64,000 bases of DNA from Clostridia bacterium (lineage in GTDB: Bacteria; Bacillota; Clostridia; UMGS1883): assembly GCA_017472685.1 (NCBI GenBank), contig JAFUOO010000022.1, positions 77,483 through 141,482 of the forward strand, given 5' to 3'. The notes below the pieces were generated by a model. That model was given only the letters and a program-made list of their open reading frames with translations. It did not search any database and was not told where the DNA came from. A program made the position numbers and the translations under genes. Below, in pieces: positions 57,800 through 64,000 of the stretch (position 1 is the stretch's first letter; each line of letters begins with the position of its first letter).

Positions 57800-59194
57800 A
57801 TGTTTATTGGCAGAGAACGCGAGCTTAATGCTCTGAATAAACTTTATGAATCGAATAAATTTGAATTTGCTGTTATCTATGGCAGACGTCGTGTTGGTAA
57901 AACTGCGCTCATAAATGAGTTCATAGGCGATAAAAAAGCTATTTACTTTATGGGCGTTGAAAGCAACGCAAAGCAGAATCTTGAAAACTTTTCAAAAAGT
58001 ATTATGGAGTTTGCAAGCGGTATTGAAACGGAGTCCTCTTTCCTTTCTTTTCAGGCTGCATTAGAGTATGTTTTTAAGCTTGCAGAGAACGAAAGAATAA
58101 TCCTTGCTATTGACGAATACCCTTACGTGGCTCGTTCATCAAAAAGCCTTGCATCTACCTTACAGCTTTTAATTGATAAATATAAAGATAACTCAAAGTT
58201 GATGCTCATTCTCTGCGGTTCCTCTATGTCATACATGGAAGACCACGTGCTTGCATACAAAGCACCCTTATACGGTCGCAGAACGGCTCAAATGAAGCTT
58301 TTGCCATTTGACTTTGAAGAAACTTGCCGATATTTCAAAAACCTTTCTGACGAGGATAAGGCGCTTATTTACGGTATAGCAGGCGGTACGCCTCAGTACC
58401 TTTTGCAGATGGATGACAATTTAAGCGTTGAGGATAATATCAAAAACACATACTTGAATCCGATTTCATTCCTTTACGAAGAACCGACTAACCTTTTAAA
58501 ACAAGAGGTTCGTGAGCCTGCAATTTATACAGCTATCATTACAGCGATTGCAACAGGTTCATCAAGAATGTCGGAGATTTCAAGCAAGGTTGGCGAAGAT
58601 ACTAATGTTTGCACAAATTACATTAAGAACCTTATGAACCTTGGTATTGTGCAAAAGGAAACTCCCTACGGAGAAAAGGCTTCTCGTAAGTCGATTTACT
58701 CTATTGAGGATAATATGTTCCGTTTCTGGTATCGCTTTGTGCTTGATAATAATTCAATCATTGCCCGTGGTGCTGCTGATCTGGTTTATAAGAGAATTGA
58801 GCCTCAGCTTTCAGACTATATGGGTAAGGTTTTTGAAGAAATCTGTAAGCAGTACCTTTGGAAACAGCTTCTTTCAGGCAACTGCCCGGTAGAGTTCACT
58901 TCCCTTGGTCGTTGGTGGGGCAACGATCCTACAGAAAAATGCCAGGCAGAAATCGATATTATGGGCGAACAGGACAAAAACACAGCCCTCTTTGCAGAAT
59001 GCAAATGGACAAATGAAAAGGTTGACCTTGGCGTTTTAGAAACACTTGTAAAACGCGGCAATCTGTTCCCGTATAAAACAAAGCATTATTACCTGTTCTC
59101 AAAATCCGGATTTTCAAAGGGATGTGTGGATAAAGCGAATGAAATGGGTAATGTGAGTTTGGTAAATTATCGAGATATGGTGGAGGAAAAATAA
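57800..59194 (+). CDS. AAA-type ATPase of the COG1672 family with DUF234 C-terminal domain
   Basis: MFIGRERELNAL...YGRRRVGKTAL Walker A, and a conserved C-terminus. ATG at 57800. Confidence 0.6.
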   Translation: MFIGRERELNALNKLYESNKFEFAVIYGRRRVGKTALINEFIGDKKAIYFMGVESNAKQNLENFSKSIMEFASGIETESSFLSFQAALEYVFKLAENERIILAIDEYPYVARSSKSLASTLQLLIDKYKDNSKLMLILCGSSMSYMEDHVLAYKAPLYGRRTAQMKLLPFDFEETCRYFKNLSDEDKALIYGIAGGTPQYLLQMDDNLSVEDNIKNTYLNPISFLYEEPTNLLKQEVREPAIYTAIITAIATGSSRMSEISSKVGEDTNVCTNYIKNLMNLGIVQKETPYGEKASRKSIYSIEDNMFRFWYRFVLDNNSIIARGAADLVYKRIEPQLSDYMGKVFEEICKQYLWKQLLSGNCPVEFTSLGRWWGNDPTEKCQAEIDIMGEQDKNTALFAECKWTNEKVDLGVLETLVKRGNLFPYKTKHYYLFSKSGFSKGCVDKANEMGNVSLVNYRDMVEEK

Positions 59195-59279
59195 GATGGG
59201 ATAGTTAAGCTATAACTAATGGATTTGGAGATTTCTTTAAGATAATCATTTAAAAAAATAAACAAAAGGAGAATGAATT

Positions 59280-61310
59280 ATGCGTTTAATTAAAGCACGA
59301 GTACAAGGATATCGAAGTATAATTGATACAGGGTATTTTGAAGTGGAAAATGACAAAACAATTTTGGTTGGACCAAACGAAGCGGGAAAAACCGCAATTT
59401 TGCAAGCGTTACAAAAACTTAATCCTCCGGAAGGGGTTGCGTTATTTGATCCTTTGAGAGATTATCCTCGTTCTAAATATGATGAGGATATTAAAAACGG
59501 CAATATTGATTCTAGCACATTTACTGTAGTAGAAGGTCATTTTGCTTTGGAAGATGACGATAGAGATGAATTGCCAGAAGCCTACAAGGATGTTATTTAT
59601 GTCTGCGGACGATACTTAGATAATACAATGTGGCATCGACTGGATAACGCACCATCAAAACTTATTTTTTCTGAAATTGAAAAGGATTTATTGAAGATTT
59701 GTCAACATTACAAAAATACAAGCGTGGCAAATGGAGACCCAGAAGCCAAGCAGGTAGCTATACAAACTGGGTATGATACTGCAGTTTTATATCTTCGCAG
59801 GACAAGTGTTATCTCTAGCGTTAAGGCAAAACAAATCACTACTTGGTTGAAAAACAATTTAGTATATCTTGAAGATGATAATGCAACAGAAGAAAAGAGG
59901 TATGAAAAACTTCTTGAACTATTGGAAAAACCTATAGAACGCAATGATGTTCTTACAATTTGCGAAGAGAGATTACCTAAATTTATACTTTTTAGTAATT
60001 ATTTTAGAATTAAGCCAGTGTTGCATTTGAAGAAGTTAGCAGAACGCATCGACAAAAAAATGTTGGATGATGAACAGTATGACTACGGAAATATATGTTT
60101 GCTTAAATTTTTAGGGTTTACTCCCAAAGAACTTGCAGAAGCAGGCGAAACTTCAAAATATGATCTGAATAAACCGGATCAGTACGAGCAATATCGAGCG
60201 CAATTAGACAAAAGAGATTATCAACTAAATGCTGCTACTATTAGGCTTACAGATGCAATTTGTGAAATTTGGAATCCAAAAAAAGATGGGCGAGACGCAA
60301 ATAAGCTTAGAATTAAGGTTGATGGACAATATCTCAAGGTTGTTGTTGAAGACGATTTGGGTGTAGAAGTAGAACTTGATCAGCGTTCTGAAGGTTTCCA
60401 ATGGATGGTATCATTCTATGTTGTGTTCTTCGCAGAGGCATCTGATAAACATAAAAATGCAATTTTATTGTTAGATGAACCGGGTCAAAGTTTACATGCT
60501 CTTAAACAAGCAGAGTTTATTGAAACATTGACAAAATTGAGTAAGAAAAACCAAACATTGTATACTACACATTCCCCATTCCTTGTTGGGACAGATGAAC
60601 TTGATAAGGTCCGTGTTGTTGAGATGACAGATAGAACAACCGGTACAAAAGTAAATTTGTCGTTAACGGCTAGCGATAGTGGTGCAATGCTTCCATTACA
60701 AGAAGCGTTAGGCTACGATTTGGCGCAAAGTTTATTCTTCCATAAAAAGAACCTCGTTCTTGAAGGATTGACTGACATGTGGTATATAGAAAGTTTATCA
60801 GAGTTGTTTAAGGCCGATGGAAAAACTGGGATTAACGAACAAATTGCATTAATTCCTGCTAACTGCGCGAGCAAGGTAGTATATTTTGCAACAATTCTGC
60901 ACGCACAAAATCTTAAAATTTCGGCACTTTTGGATTCGGATGCAGAGGGAGAATTGGCGGCGAAACAAGAGACATTAATTAACGCAGTAGGTGCTAAGCG
61001 TATCCTAAGGACAAAGGATGTTTACAGTGGACAAGTATCTGCTGTTGAAATTGAGGATATACTTAGGGATACATTGTTGAATATCGCAAAAGATCAATGC
61101 GGTTGGGATGCTATAGCTGTTGCTAAAACACAAGCAAAACGTCCAATTGTAGATGTTTTAAAGAGTGTAGCAAAAGCTGATTTTTCTAAGTATAAGTTAT
61201 CTAAAGCTTTTATAAGATGGTCTCGGGATCACGGATTAAACGATTTACAACCTCATGAAATTGCACAGGCAGGACAACTTATAGAAAAGATTAACAAATC
61301 TCTTCAGTAA
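59280..61310 (+). CDS. OLD-family nuclease: ABC-type ATPase fused to a TOPRIM domain (stand-alone, class-1-like)
   Basis: N-terminal Walker A GPNEAGKT, and an ABC signature/Walker B region (LLLDEPGQSLH). C-terminal TOPRIM (LVLEGLTDMWYIE...DSDAEG). Confidence 0.7.
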   Translation: MRLIKARVQGYRSIIDTGYFEVENDKTILVGPNEAGKTAILQALQKLNPPEGVALFDPLRDYPRSKYDEDIKNGNIDSSTFTVVEGHFALEDDDRDELPEAYKDVIYVCGRYLDNTMWHRLDNAPSKLIFSEIEKDLLKICQHYKNTSVANGDPEAKQVAIQTGYDTAVLYLRRTSVISSVKAKQITTWLKNNLVYLEDDNATEEKRYEKLLELLEKPIERNDVLTICEERLPKFILFSNYFRIKPVLHLKKLAERIDKKMLDDEQYDYGNICLLKFLGFTPKELAEAGETSKYDLNKPDQYEQYRAQLDKRDYQLNAATIRLTDAICEIWNPKKDGRDANKLRIKVDGQYLKVVVEDDLGVEVELDQRSEGFQWMVSFYVVFFAEASDKHKNAILLLDEPGQSLHALKQAEFIETLTKLSKKNQTLYTTHSPFLVGTDELDKVRVVEMTDRTTGTKVNLSLTASDSGAMLPLQEALGYDLAQSLFFHKKNLVLEGLTDMWYIESLSELFKADGKTGINEQIALIPANCASKVVYFATILHAQNLKISALLDSDAEGELAAKQETLINAVGAKRILRTKDVYSGQVSAVEIEDILRDTLLNIAKDQCGWDAIAVAKTQAKRPIVDVLKSVAKADFSKYKLSKAFIRWSRDHGLNDLQPHEIAQAGQLIEKINKSLQ

Positions 61311-61312
61311 AC

Positions 61313-61355
61313 AAAAATAGAAGGTAGGTGTGTTTTACCTACCTTCTATTTTTGT
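61313..61355. terminator. strong bidirectional terminator
   Basis: aaaaatagaaggtaggtgtgttttacctaccttctattttt. Confidence 0.85.
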
Positions 61356-61363
61356 TTACTATA

Positions 61364-62305
61364 CTATCTGAATTCATCAAGCCAGGCTTGGAATTGCTCG
61401 AGGGTGATTTCACCGTTATAGCATTTTTTTCGTTCTGCACGGGCGAGCTTACCGAATTCTTTGAATTCTTCCTTTGTGATGAGCTTTGCTCTCTGACGGG
61501 AATCCATACGACGATAAGCCGTGATGTAGGCTTTGTGGATTGCATCATCTTTATGAACAATATCAAAGGTTTTAATTGCGCCGATTTCGCTACAAGGCTT
61601 TGTTTCACCTGACATAATTCTTTCGCAGTATTCGCTGTTTACACGACCACGGGGGATAAAATATTCACCGCAGCATTTACAGGGCTTAAGCTTAATCTTA
61701 TTTACAAGCATAAGCATTATATCAAAGCGGATTACATCGTCTATTGTTTCAAGGGGATAGACTGTGATGCCATTATCTGCATCAAATTGAGTTACAAAAT
61801 CAAAATTAAACAGCTTGCTCTCTTCACGGTGCTTTGTAAAGCGCTGAGGAAGAGAGCCTTCTTTATCTTTAATAATTTCATCTAACAATGGTTTGATTTC
61901 TGTCTTTTTCTTATGGATGCTTACGAGTATCGCATTAAGAAATTTTTCAAAATACTTTTTAGAGCCTTCTTCGGGTGCAATAAAATCACTTCCAAGGAAG
62001 GTTATAAATTCACTGCTACCGTTAGCAAGATAATCAATGAAAGAAGCAATATATATGGTCAAATAGCTGTTCTTGTCAACATAAGCAGCAGCTTTCTTGA
62101 CTGCCTGTTCTATGTCTCCGCCACCGAATGCAATAATTATATCAATGAAAATCAGTCTGAACATTTCGGTGTCAATCCAAAGAAAGTCAAAAAGAGCCTT
62201 GCCGGAGGTTGTGCCGACAACGGTTTCTTCTATCTGATCAAATTTTAACTTATATGAGGTCTGGTTGCCATTGGCAAAGCCAAAGATTTTTGTATTTTCT
62301 TTCAT
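61364..62305 (-). CDS. hypothetical protein with Cys cluster (CKCCG...C...C)
   Basis: The ORF extends to 62380. The preferred start is MKENTK at 62305, with a GAGGA ribosome-binding site. Confidence 0.4.
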   Translation of the reverse strand: MKENTKIFGFANGNQTSYKLKFDQIEETVVGTTSGKALFDFLWIDTEMFRLIFIDIIIAFGGGDIEQAVKKAAAYVDKNSYLTIYIASFIDYLANGSSEFITFLGSDFIAPEEGSKKYFEKFLNAILVSIHKKKTEIKPLLDEIIKDKEGSLPQRFTKHREESKLFNFDFVTQFDADNGITVYPLETIDDVIRFDIMLMLVNKIKLKPCKCCGEYFIPRGRVNSEYCERIMSGETKPCSEIGAIKTFDIVHKDDAIHKAYITAYRRMDSRQRAKLITKEEFKEFGKLARAERKKCYNGEITLEQFQAWLDEFR

Positions 62306-62529
62306 AATACATCCTCTTGATAAACGATTATAAATAATTCCTGAAAGTATTATATCGCGTCGTTTTTGAAAAGTCAACACAAATGCATAAAACGATTATT
62401 TGAAAACAAATTTTGAATAAACTTGACAAGCGTTGGGCGGTATGGTACACTATGAACGACGATAAGAAAAAATAAGTATAATAATCGCCAGAAACGCAAA
62501 CTAAGAATAACTAATGAGGAGGTGAAATC

Positions 62530-62724
62530 ATGAATGTATTAAACTATACACAAAAATTAAAGCATTATCCTGATGTGCTGACTACCGATCAGGCGGCTGA
62601 AATTCTTAATGTCAGCAAGAAAACGATTTATATGGCAATTAAAAACAAGGAACTACACGCTGTAAAAATTGGACGAGAATACAGGATAGTAAAAGCAAAG
62701 CTTGTTGAAATGCTGGTATCGTAA
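62530..62724 (+). CDS. excisionase-family HTH protein
   Basis: LTTDQAAEILNVSKKTIYMAIKNKEL is a classic Xis/MerR-type HTH. It lies directly upstream of int. Confidence 0.6.
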   Translation: MNVLNYTQKLKHYPDVLTTDQAAEILNVSKKTIYMAIKNKELHAVKIGREYRIVKAKLVEMLVS

Positions 62725-62732
62725 GAGGGTGA

Positions 62733-63929
62733 GTGTTTTTGAAAAAAGAAATTAAGGTTTCCGGACATCTGGAGGTTATCAAGGGCGTTTACCATATGAA
62801 GCTATCTTGGGTGTCTGCAGAGGGTAAGCGACAGAGAAAATCAAAAAGCACGAATTTACCTGAACGAGGAAACAAAAAGCGAGCGCATGATATGCTGATT
62901 GATTTTCAGCGTGAGCAAGAGGCAGAGCTTATAGCTAACGGAAACGGAATAAAGGATATACTTTTCACCGATTATTTGAAGCAATGGCTTGAAAAGACCA
63001 AACTACAAATCCGCCTTACTACCTACAGTGGTTATCATGATAATATACACGGGGTAATAATTCCATACTTTGAGCCCATGAAGCTTAAGCTTAGAGAGGT
63101 TACTCCGAAGCATATTCAGGATTTTTATACGAATCAAAGAAAGCGTGTAAAAGGAACAACGGTCAAAAGCTATCATGCAAATATTCATAAGGCATTTAAG
63201 GATGCAAGGAAGCTACAGCTTATAGACTCAAACCCTATGGAATGTGTAGATCCACCCAAAAAGGAACCCTATCATGGTCAGACCTACACCGTTGAGGAGG
63301 CACAAAAAATACTTGCATTAGTAAGTGATACTATTTATGAAATACCTATAACCGTGATGCTGTTTTACGGTCTTCGTCGTGAGGAGGCAATCGGGCTTAA
63401 GTGGCAGAACATTGATTTTGAAAGCAATACTTTTTTGATTGCACATACTGTAACCGAAACAAGTATCGATGGACGCCTGCAGGTGATTAAAGAGGATTTG
63501 ACTAAAAACAACAGCAGCTACCGTTCACTTCCGTTGGTGCCTCCTGTTAGGGAGCTGCTTTTAGAAAAGAAGCAAAGCATTCGGGAATACAGAAAGCTTT
63601 TCAGAAAAGGTTATTGCTTCAAGGATTCGGATTATGTCTGTGTGAATGAGCTTGGTGAGTTAATCAGACCGAGAACCCTGTCGGATAACTTCAAAAGAAT
63701 TATTCGCAAGAACAGGCTCAGAACTTTAAGATTATACGATTGCAGACATACTGCGGCGAGCATAATGTTGAAAAACGGTGTCAATATGAAGCAGATTCAA
63801 ATGATACTGGGACACAGTGATTTTGCGACAACTGCAAATATTTATTCTCACCTTGATTATTCCGATAAAATATCAGCAGCAGAAAAAATGAGAAATATAA
63901 TCTACGGTGAAGATAATGAATCGGTTTAG
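62733..63929 (+). CDS. tyrosine site-specific integrase
   Basis: N-terminal SAM-like domain. The catalytic domain has R (GLRREEA), HxxR (CRHTAAS) and a C-terminal Y (ANIYSHLDY). The exact start is uncertain (GTG/TTG). Confidence 0.85.
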   Translation: MFLKKEIKVSGHLEVIKGVYHMKLSWVSAEGKRQRKSKSTNLPERGNKKRAHDMLIDFQREQEAELIANGNGIKDILFTDYLKQWLEKTKLQIRLTTYSGYHDNIHGVIIPYFEPMKLKLREVTPKHIQDFYTNQRKRVKGTTVKSYHANIHKAFKDARKLQLIDSNPMECVDPPKKEPYHGQTYTVEEAQKILALVSDTIYEIPITVMLFYGLRREEAIGLKWQNIDFESNTFLIAHTVTETSIDGRLQVIKEDLTKNNSSYRSLPLVPPVRELLLEKKQSIREYRKLFRKGYCFKDSDYVCVNELGELIRPRTLSDNFKRIIRKNRLRTLRLYDCRHTAASIMLKNGVNMKQIQMILGHSDFATTANIYSHLDYSDKISAAEKMRNIIYGEDNESV

Positions 63930-64000
63930 GGCAAATCGAGGCAAATTTGGGCAAAACAAGCCCTGTTTTAGATAAAGTAAATGCGGGCTTGCAACATAGC

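Larger units (their letters stand above)
55131..64000. mobile_element. integrative/mobilizable-element-like island (continues beyond the window): HTH/Xis-like, DnaD-like Rep, MobC, ATPase, OLD nuclease, excisionase, tyrosine integrase
   Basis: The left edge is a tRNA 3'-end repeat. Recombination, replication and mobilisation genes are present. GC is low. GGGCAAAAC motifs occur near both ends (55304-55323 and 63929-63957). The integrase is the last gene before the window end. Confidence 0.55.

Noticed and set aside
1-64000. CRISPR arrays, rRNA genes, insertion sequences with transposase
   Set aside because: There are no regularly spaced direct repeats, no rRNA-like conserved stretches and no DDE transposase ORFs. 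The only recombinase is the tyrosine integrase at 62733-63929.

Overview
This 64 kb window reads as chromosome from an anaerobic Firmicutes/Clostridia-type organism. It has compact operons, AAGGAG-type ribosome-binding sites, many rho-independent terminators, and strong Fe-S and flavoprotein content. No rRNA, CRISPR array or intact tRNA was found.

**Reductive-branch redox cluster (about 3.0-14.3 kb, minus strand).** One co-directional cluster encodes an LDH-like malate dehydrogenase, HdrB-HdrC-HdrA, an MvhD/FlxD-like protein, FlxC-, FlxB- and FlxA-like subunits, a soluble FrdA/FrdB-like fumarate reductase pair, and a two-subunit class I fumarate hydratase. The gene content matches the described FlxABCD-HdrABC NADH dehydrogenase/heterodisulfide-reductase module, here joined to a complete oxaloacetate-to-succinate route. 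I read it as a candidate flavin-based electron-bifurcating NADH:fumarate reductase system. This is the most interesting metabolic signal in the window.

**Core region, about 14.6-50 kb (plus the 5'-truncated Cys-rich heptad-repeat protein at 1-1666).** Notable genes here are:
- a PurF-like amidophosphoribosyltransferase that lacks the N-terminal nucleophile Cys;
- an SCP2 domain fused to an Ala/Lys/Glu-rich repeat tail;
- a BlaI/BlaR1-like pair next to a divergent intramembrane metalloprotease;
- sugar genes for a D-lyxose-isomerase-like cupin and a fructokinase;
- an iron-containing alcohol dehydrogenase;
- a tandem pair of WYL-domain (PafBC-like) regulators, followed by a low-GC, direct-repeat-flanked insert carrying a GIY-YIG nuclease and a 589-aa unknown protein;
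- an overlapping SPFH and RtcB gene pair;
- an SdpR/SdpI-like pair with a duplicated operator;
- a LiaF-like protein with an OmpR-family two-component system;
- tRNA-dihydrouridine synthase (Dus);
- an MBOAT/DHHW gene pair;
- a heterodimeric ABC exporter.

**Horizontally acquired 3' third (about 50.8-64 kb, clearly lower GC).** It contains a DUF262 plus DUF262-DUF1524 (GmrSD-like) type IV restriction candidate. It also contains two nearby direct repeats of a tRNA 3' end, which look like attachment-site remnants. From about 55.1 kb to the window end lies an integrative, mobilizable-element-like island. The island carries Xis-like HTH proteins, a DnaD-like replication initiator, MobC without a relaxase, a DUF234-type ATPase, a stand-alone OLD-family ATPase-TOPRIM nuclease, and a tyrosine integrase at the window edge.
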